The notes under the pieces were generated by a model. That model searched no databases, had not been told where the DNA came from, and saw only the letters and a program-made list of their open reading frames with translations. A stretch of DNA of 64,000 bases from positions 2,418,001-2,482,000 of the forward strand of contig JAQFVV010000010.1 of assembly GCA_028023455.1 (NCBI GenBank), given 5' to 3'. The DNA comes from Epiperipatus broadwayi. Its lineage: Eukaryota > Animalia > Onychophora. Shown piece by piece: positions 25,830 through 39,699 of the stretch; the stretch's first letter is position 1, and each line of letters opens with the position of its first letter. The position numbers and the translations under genes are program-made.

Positions 25830-27560
25830 ATATATCCTCTCATTCAAGCAAAACATTTTCTCAGCCCAGAGAGTAGCAGTATTAATAGACACCAAGTTTT
25901 CCTTAAAAAACATCATGTTAGAATTTTTTTTATTTTTATTTCAGTACTTTAATTTGAACAAGGTAATTTACAAATTAGAAATAAAGGTGTGGTTTTTGTA
26001 ATACAGTTTAATGTAAAATTCCTCAAGTCTCTTAGTGCAGTAAACCTTAGAGGTGACTTCAACATAATGCCATAACACTCAATAATAAACTTGGTTAGTA
26101 ATTGTGTTTTCATTATATTTATCTAACTCTGTTATATTTCCAAATGCAATATTGATTTTCCATTTTTAGATCATAAATACGTGAATCTTTGATTAAGATC
26201 AGTTATAAGCATCGAGCCATTTATTAATTTACTATCAAAATAACATCCTAGTCTTTCCTCAACTATATAGTCAATGTCTTCACTCATTTCATATTTACTA
26301 GTCTTTAGTCTTTTTATGTAACCTAAGAAATAAAACTTTGAACATAATCTCTTTCACCAACAGTTATACAATCATCATCTGGTTTTGTTTTTGAAATTCT
26401 GCTGTTCATTAATTCCAATTCTAAATTATTATCTAACATTCTGATCAGCACAGTAGACCAGCAAAAACTATTTAATCTTAATAATAATAATCAATAAAGC
26501 AAGTGATATATAGCATGAACTATTGGTATGCTCTGTATATTACTATTTAATCTTTTACCAGTTTAGTTAATCCATTAATGGGATTATATTTGTTGTAGAT
26601 GAAAGTAATTTTGGTTGATGCACATCACATCCCTTTAGAATAAAATTTGATGCTGCTTTATATACTCCACTCCAGATGCCCAAATATAAATTAGTATAAC
26701 TGAATCAAGTTGATAAATGAAATTTACACTGAAATTGACAAACTAAATATTATATAATCATTGTGCCATTATTATCATTAGTGTTAAAGAACTCAATTTT
26801 AAATTCCTAATCAGAATAACTTCTACTAATTACCCTTGAAAATCTAGACAATAAGCTTTTTGCTAAGATTATTTAAAGAAATCCTAAATACATTAATGAT
26901 GTTGAAACTTAGTTAAGTATCATGACATATAGATTAATCATGCTATCTTGCTGGTAAAAGAAATGCATTTTATGCACAACAAGCTAAGCTTATTGATCCT
27001 TTGATAGTTTTTCCTAACATGTCTATTCAAATATAAAATTATTACAAAATAAATGTATAAAACTGTTCATCTTCCTATTGAAGAGGAAAGATATCAAGAT
27101 TCACTATTAGTGTCCTTAGTATTTGTAGTATATGAAGTTCATAATAATTGACCCTTACTTTCACACTTGCCATCTCATTGCAAGCAGTTTTATTTGTACA
27201 TGATATTTTCTTTAATATTTCCAAGAAATTTTCCAAGGTTTATATTGTTACAGATATTTTAAAGCTTTTTTAATTGGAAATTGGGTCAACAATTCAGCCA
27301 TCTAACTCTCATTTGTAGCAAATTACTACTAGTGGGAAAATTCCTTACTTCTTTTAAGTAGTCCAAACACTTGCTAATGTTTTTCGTATTGATGAAATCA
27401 AGATAAAACACCAATTGGACAGACTTATATTAGAAAGGTCACATAGTAAAAGAAAATCTCTTTATATAGATTCTAGAATCAAATTATTAATGCTCTTTTT
27501 ACAGATTAGTTTTTTACAATTTTTGGCTACATTGTGTAACGTAACTGATTTGATATTGCT
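25830..27560 (-). mobile_element. Highly degraded RTE-like LINE
   Basis: Minus-strand remnants of KG.D..SP.LF (~26600), FA(D)D-like (~26460), FYFLG (~26330) and LLYG.E.-like (~25870) appear in the expected order. Confidence 0.45.
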
Positions 27561-28040
27561 GTTGATAAAACATTAAGAAGTTTTTGGGATTTTTCAACAC
27601 TTTTATATTTATTTAAATTCTTAATTATCATTTTTTAATATGCATGAATTTAAATAAATTTTATCTTAATCTTTTGTTGCATGTATAAAAGCTTGCTGAT
27701 TCACATTTTAGATTATTATTTCTACTTAATGTTTAGTAAATTGCCTTTACTTGTATCTCAAAAATTGAAAACTTTCTTTCAGTTAATAAAAAAAAACCCC
27801 TCTAATTTCAATGAAATAAAATTGTGAATGCATTTCACAAAATTTCCACCTGATATATATAAAGCTGCTTTTTAAATTTCTTCATTGCTTCATCCTTCTA
27901 AAGATTTTTTAAATTACTCTTGAAATTGGACCTAAAAAAATTATTTTAACTAAAAGTGGGTTCACTTTTTTCAGATCTATAAATTCTATTATGACTTAAG
28001 ATATTGTTTTTCACAGGCTTGACATCTAACTTAAGTGGTA

Positions 28041-28276
28041 AGGCACTTTTCATCACATAATCACCATTTCTTATGCTAGCACACAACTTATTAAACAGGC
28101 AAAACTCTCCATGCAGTAGTGCCACCCTTTGCCAACCATGCATAAAATCCCCATCTAGTGTGGGGATATTGGATGAGTAGGCACTAGATGGGGATTTTAT
28201 GCATAAGCCTTCTGGCATCCATTGATTACTTTGGTTGGCTTAGGGTGGAATTACTGTATGGAGAGTTTTGCCTGTT
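28041..28276. mobile_element. Short fold-back interspersed element, opposite orientation to the 13.9-kb copy
   Basis: Arms aaacaggcaaaactctccat / atggagagttttgcctgttt and an internal inverted gcataaaatccccatctagtg. A 14-bp direct repeat taacttaagtggta lies at 28027-28040 and 28277-28290. Confidence 0.7.
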
Positions 28277-29484
28277 TAACTTAAGTGGTACTTAAATAAA
28301 ATATTAAAAGCTTTTTGAGCACCATAATGCTATGCTACATATCCTCACTTTAGGAACTATATGGTTTACTCAACATGTTTTGTATTCAATAAAATAATGT
28401 ATTGAATTTAATAATTGAAGCTGGTATATTGGTAGGACTAATACCCATATTGAATAATCCCCAATATAAACCATTCATTACATGAATTATAAAAAATCAT
28501 TATCTTTTTGGAGATACCAAACAGCATGTATCATTCTATCAAGTAAAACTCTTAGGGCTAAAAGTTTAAATCACAACTGTAAATAATCTCAAAAATTTAA
28601 TAACTACCAAAGTTTATTAATATTATCAGTGAATTACATTCTGAATATACTATGTGCTATCATTATGTTTAATGTGATTTTTTAATGATTCAGATGAAAT
28701 TCTTTGTGTTTTGCTATTAGTACTGTGCTATTGAAATATAAAACATTTTTTCACTAATATCACTTGTGAATATTATGCATCAATTTTTCTGTATATATTA
28801 TTAGAGAGCCGAGAAATAAAGTTTTATTTTAAGTTTGTATGATAAATTCTTTTGAAATCTGTTAATATCTATTGTTAAGAATTATTGTTGTCAGTAAATG
28901 TAAATTATCTGATAATTAGTTAAAGAAATGCTATACCTTATTTTATATATTTTTTTCTAATGATTTATAAAGGAATTTTTTATACTTTTGCATATATGAA
29001 AGGAACAAAAACAAAATATAATTGAACTTTCTGTTTGTTGAAATATTTCACTAATAGATTATAATTTTTTTAAATTTTATTAATGCAACTTATACTTTCA
29101 TTGTGGAAATTATTGAGACTTATATTAGAATCCGGCTTGATTTGATGTCTTGATTGAGTAGCAGACTCTGGAACTGAGGGGTTCACAGATTGCAGCACAG
29201 CTCTGTCATTTTTAATATCCAAACTTTTTGCAAACTCCTGAGCAATAAACCATTTGCTTATTTGATCAGTTTATTGTTTATTTTTTCATTTTAATAATTA
29301 ATTATTATATATAATTTAATCACATTGCATGTTATTTATTTTTCACGGTGTGTAAGTAGTTCATTAATACTATTTTATAATATAATGTAAGCTGTTTTAT
29401 AATTTTTTATTTTGTTCATAATATAAATTTAAAAACAAAAAAATACTCCTGTATTTTGTGTTTGTCTGAATATTTGTGATATTT

Positions 29485-29670
29485 TGAAGTATTTCCACCA
29501 TCTAATATTAAATATGAATGTCTCATTTAATTTAAACTTTCCAAATACATTCAACTGTTACCTGTGTGCTATTAAATGCATTTGAAAGTTTAAATAAAGT
29601 TTAACATTTTTTTAAAGACATCCAATATTTAATATTATTATGATGGAAATACTCCAATGTATAATTAATA
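29485..29670. repeat. Short palindromic element sharing outer arms with 30610-31190
   Basis: aaactttccaaatacattcaactg...catttgaaagtttaaataaa and atttcc..catc / gatggaaat match the outer arms of the 30.6-31.2 kb palindrome; the core is missing. Confidence 0.6.
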
Positions 29671-30609
29671 ATGCTGTATTTTATTATTGATTAGTTTTTT
29701 TTTTTCTATACTTTTTTAGAAGCTTTTTAAATGATCATGTATATTTATCTAATAATGCATTGACTGAATAATAAAGCACACTCTCTCATAGGGTACTGTG
29801 CATAGAAGAGTTGTGGAATAATGATTAAAACCTCTGCCTGATATGCTTACGACTTAAATTCTAATCTGGGCTTATAAAACTTGGAAAAATTGTTGAAATT
29901 TCAAACTGAGATAAATAGTTGGATTTAACCTGAGTATTTATTCATTGATTGTTTAATAAATAAAAATATATATTTATTTTTAGTTCATGGTTGAAACAAA
30001 CACTAGACTCTCACCGTCATGTAGTTGATACACTTGGTAATGCTTTCTTCTTCATTGTTTTTTTTTTGGGGGTGGGTGATGGAGAGGTGTTTGTTTTGCA
30101 ATGGGCTATTTATCTTTATTAATAGAGCATATTCAAATAAAAATTATATTTCATTATATCTTGCTGATAAGGACTAAATTCTCTATAGTCTTCATCTTTT
30201 TCAGTTTTTCATAATTATTGGAGGATTTATTAGAGAAGAAAGTTTGTTTATGTATTTAAAATTAATTTAAATAGAAGTATATTACAAATCATTGTTTGCA
30301 AGGATTATCTTGCTTTTAAGTTATTTTTTCAAGAAATACATTTATTGACTACATTTGTTTCAATATCCTTCAAGTAACTATACAATCAAATGCTGTATTA
30401 TAAAGATATTTATGATCATCAGTGATAGTTTACTATAGTTTGTTTTTTTATTCTTTCACATCAATTCTTTACTGCCACATCATGGATCTTGATGAACCCT
30501 TCCATCGTTTTGCATTATAAACATAATTGACTGTATTGTATATGTATGTAGTTAAGAATAATTTTTGATAAATTTTAATATACATATAAAATTTAATTAT
30601 ATGTTTGAA

Positions 30610-31190
30610 AGTTTGTGACAATGGTATTTTAGTTGTAATTGTATGTTGGATTATTTCCATCATTTAGAATTAATTGATGAATGTTTTTAGAAAAAATAAT
30701 TTTATTTAAACTTTTCAAATACATTCAACTATTAAAGATAACACACACATTAGTATACAATGTGTTTCAAGTGATATTCTCTTCTTCTTCAGGTTGCTAG
30801 CCTAACCAGTAACAGTATTAGCATAGGAATTGAACCTGGGATTTTTAGAATCTTGAATATAGAATTTAAGGTGATGATCTAACTGACTAGGTTTTTCTAT
30901 CAGATAGTGTAGCTAGTTAGAGTGTCTTCATAAATTCAATATTCATGAATTTAGAAGTCCCAGGTTCAATTCCTATGTTAGTATTGGCACTGGTTAGGCC
31001 AATAACATCTGAAAAAAGAGCAGAATAATATCACTTAAGTTGTTGTTTATACTAACCTGTATGCTATTGCTAACAGTTAGATACATTTGAAAAATTTAAA
31101 TAAATCTCTTTGAATATTTCCAAAACATTATACAATTAATTCTAGATGATGGAAATAATTCAACAGATAACTACAAAATTTAAATATATA
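30610..31190. mobile_element. Head-to-head inverted pair of tRNA-headed SINE-like units with HHR-like remnants
   Basis: Symmetry centre ~30900. B-box ggttcaattcc on the minus strand (30826-30836) and the plus strand (30963-30973). Outward of each is a ctgaa(g/a)aaga...gaaac-like motif, then AT-rich matching arms. Confidence 0.65.
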
Positions 31191-32899
31191 TGTTTTAAAA
31201 ATAACAAAGAATTATAGTTTTACCTTTCGTAAACCACATTGACTAGTCTGATAAACAAAAAAATATTGGCACATATAATAGTGTTTAAATGATTACAAAA
31301 TAATAGCAATTTAATTAAATCTGTTGTTTATTAACTGTCATTAATATATTTCAAATAATGAATAATAAGACTTTTTTTTCCATCTGTCAATTACTAAAGT
31401 TTACAAGTGGTATAGTTGTGGTGGAAAAAAAATGCTGTTGAAACAACATTGAATAAGCTGAAATCATATGATAGAGTCATATGATGTTTTATTGGTTTTA
31501 AACTATCACAGTTTAAAGATGCCTATAATTATTAAAAAACTAAGGATACCATAATGTTTAGAAACTTAACTGGCGTCAGTTCTATACTATTATACAAATT
31601 GGTTTAGATTGAAAACATTTGTATATTTTTTCAAATTGGCTAACAGCCTGAAAGTGAAACAAAAAGGTAAATGATGTCTGGCAGAAAAAAGGTGCATTAG
31701 ATCCTAAAGATCTAGATATTGGTCCTAGATCCATAGTTCCTCACTGGTGAAAGCCATAAGCTTGAAACTAGCCTGGAGATATTGGATAGGATGTGATTTT
31801 CATCTGCATCTGTCAATTACTAATATCAATGACCAAATAATAATCGGGAATACTATCATTATGTGTCATAAACTATCTTCTAAAAAGAAAAATATGTATC
31901 TTTTATATTTCAGTAGACAATAAGTATGAAAGAACATATAATGAAAACACAACTTTGGATTTTAGAGTTAATACTGCTTCCTTATTGTAGTTGTCTATAC
32001 AATAAATTTAATATCACTGGAAAAAAAAGTTGAATTAGATATGGATAAGAATATGGCATACAGAATTTGCATGTTTATTGTAATACTTTTCAGGAAGAAA
32101 ATATAAAATCAGATATGCATAAATTCATGGTGCAAATGATATATATAATTTTCAAAAAGAATTCAAGCATAAATTAGTTTATGATAAATAACGTTTTCTG
32201 AACTGTATGTGGATATAGAACAAGAATACTTAATTTTTAATATGAGTTGTTGTTAAATTGTTATCTTCAAATACTTCATAACAGAAATTTGAGAAATGTT
32301 ATTTTTAATAATGTAAGCATAATTAATGATAAATATGCTGCATATAGATGAAATAGGAAATAAAAAATGGTACAAGAAATGGAAGCATTTTGATAAGAAT
32401 TAAAAATTGCATAAAATGTATAAAAAGTATTACTTTTGATTGTAATATTGAATCATATTAAATTGAAATAAGTCCAAAAAGTAAAAATAAAGTACTAATA
32501 AGTGCTATAAAATTAAAGTTTATCTTGTTATACAATGAATTGAATGAGTTCTTTATGAAATTAGAAGTTTCATATAAATTATAAATATTATATCTTCACT
32601 GGAGATTTCAATGATGCTTATTAGTAAAAATATATCAGATATTAATAAAAAAATTGCTGATTTTTAATTATTAATTTTAGAGGGATAATATTAGATCTAG
32701 TATTTAAAAGTATCAATAATAATTTGAAATGCATTTAGACTGAACTAGTTGAAGTGTATTTAGACTGAACTAGTTTTTATATCACCTGATCATTATCATC
32801 AGCTTCTAGTTATTACTATGAATGACATTGGTCAAAATATAAAGTGCATTAAAAGTAGACTAAGACATTACAGGCATATTGATTATTATTAATTATATA

Positions 32900-34620
32900 T
32901 GGTTTTGGACAGATTCGATTGAAAAATAATTTTGCAAATGAAAACTAATTGTTACTATGAATGATATTGGTAAAATATAAGGTATATTAAAAATAGACTA
33001 AAATATTGTAGACATAGTGATTATTATTGATTACATAAGACTTTGGAAGGATTTGATTGGAAAGCTGTTTTGCAAATAAATGGTTTGAAATATTCCAAAA
33101 TTGTTTGGAAAAGTTTATATCAATCAGATATATTCAGAAAATTAATAAATATTCTAAATTGCTTTTAAGGAATTATGCAAAACTTTGAATAGAAAACAAA
33201 TATTATAGGTTGTATAAAATATCTAATGATATTGGATTTCTATAAAAGATTTAATTTATTGAATGCCTATAGTAAACCACTCATGAAAAGAGACTGTAAA
33301 CAATATTGAAAAAAAGCTTAAAATATATTGTTTTGAATCTGTATAAAAATATAAGAATTGTGATAAATAAATCTTGTTGATATATTGCTTACTGTGCTTC
33401 TTTAAATGATGTTTTAAATATCTGATATATAAATGCTCTATCAGTCATGATAATTTAGATGAGAATTATTTGGGAATAGATGTTAATAACATTAATATTA
33501 TTAAAGTGGCTAATGCAGTTTCTAATGTTAAATAATATCTATGAAATTTGATCTGTGCAGGTTGTTCTGATATCTTTCTGCATTAAATTATTAGTTTGTC
33601 TATAAAACAATGTATTTTGCCTAAAATTCTCCAAAATGCCAAAAATTGTAGCTACATCTAAAAAGGCCAATAGATATGTATCCGGTACTTATAAATCTTG
33701 TAATTTTGTCACATTTTGTTAGAATATTTAAAACTTATACTAATATAATCACATGTGTAGCCAAAATACTGTCTAATTCTCACTATGGATATTTGCTTGG
33801 TAAATCAGTAGAAACTAACTTAATGGTTGTAACTAATCATAATATGAATGCATTACCAATACAATTACAACTTGTTTATTTTGAAATGATACAAACATTT
33901 GATAGGTTATCACATAATAGATTACTAAGTTTAAAATGTTAAATCAGTTCTTATTTAGTTAAGTGTTTCACTTTATTTGACAGACATATGAATAAAATTA
34001 GATCTGAATTTTTAAAAAATATGATTGGTGTTTTTCAGAAAGAGTAAGATATTGACTTACACAGATGTCTGCAAACTATTTCACAGGATTAGTGAATTAG
34101 CAAATATTAATTTGCAAGAAGATATTAAATACTTTGTCAATTGATGTAAATAAAATAATATGACAACCAATATAAATAAAACAAGTATTGGCTTTTACAT
34201 TAATAAATCAGTTCAATTAAAATATTGTGAAAATTGCAGAACTTCATGTAACATATGTAAAATGGTTACTGATCTTGGAATTATTGTTTAATAATTTAGT
34301 TTTTTATTTAATGCTCACATTAGGTATATATAATAAATAAAACATTTCATATTCTATTAAATACACATTCTGTTTGCTTGTTTTTTGGTTAGAATAGGTA
34401 TATACAGTATTATGGGGAATTTGGATTTAAAATATATTGAGTCTACATTTCAAAAGATTTAAGAGAAAAATTCTAAAACTAATAAAAAGGCAAATTGTAA
34501 ATATAAAAAATCAGTATCAACCATTAGAAGAAATTGAACTATATGATGATGTTAAAAAAAAGATTGATGGTAAAATTGATTTTAATGAGTGTTATTTTTT
34601 ATGAAATGTCTTATTAATAG
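32900..34620 (+). mobile_element. CR1/Jockey-type LINE RT relic
   Basis: QLVYFEMIQTFDRLSHNRLLS (ORF 33676-33942) resembles the D..KAFD.V.H..LL motif; later LQEDI..L and VTDLGII remnants follow. Confidence 0.6.
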
Positions 34621-35200
34621 ACTACAAAATGTATATAAAAAAATTAATGCTTTGATATTGTAATGGAAACACAACGATCGAAAGCTTAACTTCCCTTTTT
34701 TATTTATATATAATGGGGAATTCTTAAAATTCAAGATCGTCCACCTTCCGCTACCGCAAGCAGAGAGAACATACGGACATAAACGAGTCTATATCTGTAC
34801 TTGACCGAAACTATAACTATACTGGTATAGCCCCAGGTTATCTTTCCCGGTCACTGTCTCCCGACTGCTGTAAGATTTGAAGAGTTACAGCGCTTGGATA
34901 TTTATAAATTTTATTGGGATCAAAATACTGCACCACTAGTTTCACATGTTAATTCAGTACTCATAATGAGTAATAATTATTTCCCAAACCCTACGACTGT
35001 ATTACTTTTTGGAGTGGCGAAGAACGAGACGAAACAGATTTAAATCAATAATAAATATTTAATACAATAGATTATACAATAAAAGAAATACTTTAAATCA
35101 TCTACACACAAAAAAAAAACAGATTATATGCTATAATGCTACAAGTAAAATAAAATAAAAAGATCCTATAAATGATTGTACATTTATAATCCTCACTCCG

Positions 35201-36362
35201 TGTATATATATAAAAGTTAAAGAATGTCTGTATCATTCAAAGTAAGAATTTGGCCATTGTCTAAATTAAAGGGATGTGCACATGGAAGTATAAAATGTAG
35301 TATAATATTTACCTAGGTTATTAAGTCTCTGAATTAACTTGAAGTCTGGCTGACCACCACGTGGAATTTCTCCACTTCTTTAGCAGGGAATGGTCGCTCT
35401 TGGGTTAGATTTTGGTTGTGGGAACTCCTTCGCATTTAGGACATCAAGGACCAGGCAAAATGAACCCTCCAGCAGGCGCTATGTTGGTAGTTGTTACATG
35501 TAGACGGGAACCTTTAGAGCACGGGAAGTTTGAATCGGCAAGCGATCACGACGGCCCTTAGCCAGCCATTCTTGATGAGTCACTGATGTTAGAAATCATA
35601 TCTTGTTAATTATGGCTGCTTATTATCGGAGCAGTATTTCCACCAACGTCTCAACAAGATGTCCACAACTCTAATACTCTCTAATACTTTTTAATTAAAA
35701 TTCCCCAGTTCTTTGTCCTTTCGATCCTTTTTTTTCGCTTTTGTTCACACCTCTCCTTTTTTGAATGTGCCTTCGGCCATTTATATAGATTTGCCTTTAC
35801 ATAATTTCGTAGCACTATGTACATTTATTTATTTATTTTTTTTTCTTTTAATTACACAGATTTTTAATAAAATATTTTTTTATTTTTATTTTGACAAGCA
35901 TTAATTGTTGCTGTCTTTGTCATACTTTATACATACTCCATACACGCATTTCGTTTATCGTCAAATGTGCACTATTATGACCCAGATCCTTATCTTTCGG
36001 TCATGTTTTAACTTTCTATTTTAATCTTATTTAAACTCTTAAAACTTTACTTTTTCTTATACATCATATTTTAGTTTGTCTTTCATTTATATTTCTTTAT
36101 CACTATTAATTTTCTAATGTACAATTTCAATATTTCTAACTTTACTTATTGTTCATTTCACAAAATCTTGACTTTGGAGGGTAAAAGATAAGAATCTTTT
36201 CGATTCTAATTTCCTCTCTTTTCTTAATTAAAACATTTCTTTGTTTATAATTTTTTAAACTCATTTTTTAGTATTCCAAACACAATATTTAATATTCTTT
36301 AAATGTTAAATATCTATATGTGTGATCGCAGCATGTGCGATCATCACAATATATTTAATTAG
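35201..36362 (+). mobile_element. Candidate non-autonomous Helitron
   Basis: The start t(g)tatatatataaaag...aatgtctgtatc resembles Helitron 5' ends. An 8-bp GC-rich hairpin tgatcgca/tgcgatca (36323-36343) lies just before TTAG|T (36359-36363), one change from CTAG|T. Confidence 0.35.
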
Positions 36363-37066
36363 TTTTATTTTTAGTGATAATATAAAAAAATGTCTGAGTT
36401 ATTTTAGTTTATAAATATTGCATGCATTTTACATCTTTTTTTTTTAATAATAATTTTCTGCATTTCTGTTGAAATAAAAGTATTGAGATCATATAATGAG
36501 TAGAACTGACATTATTATTAAAATACATGTGAAATTTGATGAATATTTGTCTATATTTTGTGTATTTATTCATACACTCCGAATGCATGTATGAATTGTG
36601 TTTGTATGTTGACTATTACTCAATTGATGACCAGTGTGAAACAGCCAAGATGGTATGTTAATAGTATGAATCATATACAGATGAATCCAGATAATGTCAT
36701 TTATATACAGTATAAAATATTATTATGGATAATATTTACAAAGACTGTATTAAGTTATATCAATCTAAATCATGACCATAGAATAAGATAATTATTGTGA
36801 TTACTTGTTATTGGTCATATAGATAATTTGTTATTGTCATATGTCATTTATTCTTGTACAAATTATGTTAAAATAAATAATCATTTGGTTTTATTGCTTA
36901 GAAATTCATAAAACTTTTAAGCACTAGAAATGCCAAAATTGGAATTGATCTGAGAACATTATGCTCTAGAGTCTGACACTTTACTATTGCATTAAATCAC
37001 ACAGAACACAAATGATATAAATAATTATAAGTATTAAATAGTGTGTATATATTAAATTTTTTTTAG

Positions 37067-37172
37067 TGATCATAGACCTTCTAACTGGAGCATAAACCGA
37101 GTAACCGAGGATTCACATATAAGAATGCATAATTTAAATGTTGTTCTTACATCAATACGAAGTTTTTATGAG
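37067..37172 (+). CDS. Girdin: Girdin/Daple coding exon 3, (I)DHRPSNWSINRVTEDSHIRMHNLNVVLTSIRSFYE
   Basis: Acceptor tttttttag; the first base completes the ATT codon split from exon 2; donor GAG|gtaag. Matches CCDC88 DPRP...D...R..NL..L...IK.YY(Q/E). Confidence 0.9.
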
Positions 37173-39699
37173 GTAAGAATAAAAATAAATTTAAAAAATC
37201 TATGCTATTCTACTTTTTAATTAATTAAGACATCTGCTATCAGTAAATAATTTGAATTAATACTATCAGTTTTTAATAAATAGTATAATTTGTAGCAATA
37301 GTGTACTGCTTCTATTAATTGTCAATTATATATTTTAAATAATTTTAAAAAATGCTATTTTGCATATTGCAAAATTAAGGTACTAAAATTTTTTTGAAGT
37401 ATTAAAAATAAATGAAATATCTAAAAAATATTTCATATCTTAAAAAACGCTTAATTAATTTTTGCCATTGCAAATTATTTATTAATGATTATGATGATAT
37501 TGGCAATGGCCTATACAACTTTAAACATTTGCACAGCAGGTTTTTTTTAAAAAAATAAAACAACCCAATAAATTACTTTTGATTTTTTAAAAATATTTAC
37601 TTGATTATTTAAAATAATATTGTAACCTATTCTATTTAAGGGCCTACCACAACTGACAAAATTTCTTATATTGTTATAGTTTATAATTTAGATTTTATGC
37701 TCTGATTTATATATTATAAATTACAGCTCTTTAAATACAATGGATAATATGCCACTGTATTTTTGATTTTTTGTTTATCTCAATGTCATTAGCTATCTGC
37801 CTATTACCTGCCAATAGGCAGATATCATATATTATTGCAAAGAAATCAAGTCATTCTGAAAAGATTAAGAGCTATTGGCAAGCTCATTAGATATCATGCA
37901 TTATCTCAAAATATTTTCTCCAAATTTTTCTACTTCTTGTTTTATTTTTTAAATTAGCACCCTGTTAAACATATTACATAGTTCTTTCCAGTAGAATTTG
38001 ACTGCATATATCTGATATGTGCTCCATCCAATTCTTTTTTTTTTTTTTTATATTTATTTTTCATCCACTTTTTTATTATTTTTGTATATGAATTCTTATT
38101 CATGCAATTCATCTTATTCATTTTCCTCAAAAGTTATATTTCAAAAGATCTAGTTATATTTTTTTAATTGCTCAAGTTTTTATATCATATAAAACTATAT
38201 TTCAAACAAATATGTAGTGTATTTTTTTTTGATATATTCTTTTACAATTTTCATTAACTTATTTATTTCATTATTTGTTCTTAAGAGATAAAATGACAAT
38301 ATATTGATCATTGTTTCAAAATTAATTGCCCAAATATATAAGTTCAATTAATTAAATAACTTTGAACCAATGACTTTGAAAATACCAGACAATTTGTAAT
38401 TGTACTTAAATTAATTGTAAATAAATTTTTCTATCATATTAAATATTGCAAATGTTTTATGAGATTTGTTAATGATGTATATACATTAATTTATTCATGA
38501 TTTATTTTCTAAAGGCTTCTTTTTATACTTTTATTATTTAATTACAGTTTGGCATTAGTTTTATTGTTCTTTAAGTTAACTTTTTTTTTTGCATTTTATA
38601 ACATCTATAAAATTATAATAAGAATTCATGCACCCACAAAACTTCTGTTTTCCAAATTATAAAGCTTTTATGGTTTTTCATTAATTATTCATATTTATGT
38701 TTAAATTTAGCTTTCTTTTTATTTTATTGTATTCTTAAATGAATATAAAATTTTAGCTATATAGTTTTATCACAAATGCATTATAAAGTTTTAGTCTGCT
38801 ATATATCTTCATCAATTATTTTCAATCTACTACAAAATGATCTCCAAGTTTAATTCAGTTATTCCTATCTGTAGTCTCTCTTCTCCACAATATATCACAG
38901 TAAATTTTCTATTTTTAACTGCATTTTTTTATCTGTTATAAAATTATTTGCTAGGAGTTGGGTGGGGAAATTTTTGTAAAGTAAAAATGAGCTAAAACTT
39001 TAATTTCATTGTCAATTCATTAGAATGGCATGTTATACTTGAATTAAGATGGTGCCCAAGGGTGGGGAGTATCAACTTCAGAATAATAGAAAAATAACTT
39101 CTTTTTTTTAATCACTTTTCTGATGAATATACTAGGAAGAGTGAAATGAGTTTAATTTTAGAGCCTCACATTCTTTGTTAAAATATAAACATTTTGAATA
39201 TTTTTTTTTAGATCAAATTGATATTAAACCATGCCATGCTTTAGATTGAATTGAATAATATAATATACAGTGTATGCATATTATTGCAGCACTGGTTGTT
39301 TGTGTTCATGTTGCTGTGTCTATAATAATAATGTTACATGTAGGTACTTAAAATATATTTTTTCTGAATAAAATATTTATCATATAAATAAATGCACATA
39401 TGCAGTTATAAATTATTTGCATCACTTTGCATAAATTTCCTTTTCTACAAAGTAGTTTTAACAACATCAGCTATGAGTATGAGAGCAAGAAGTCTCTTGA
39501 AAGGCTTAGCTAAAGTAAATTAATATTTTTATATTTAATATAAATTAATATTTTGCCTTTAATTATATATATTTACTAGCTTCATTATCTGTGCATACAG
39601 TACATATATATAGTAGTATCTTTACTTTTAGCGATAAAATATTTGGTATTTTTCTGTCTTCTATGTTTATATATCTACATACTATGTGCATATCACATC

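Noticed and set aside
27946-28218. 90-aa ORF
   Set aside because: It lies across the fold-back repeat; there are no splice signals or protein motif.
30800-31000. Functional tRNA genes (here, and at 11.8, 22.5, 24.1, 43.5 and 52.6 kb)
   Set aside because: No complete cloverleaf or acceptor stem; these are SINE-type heads.
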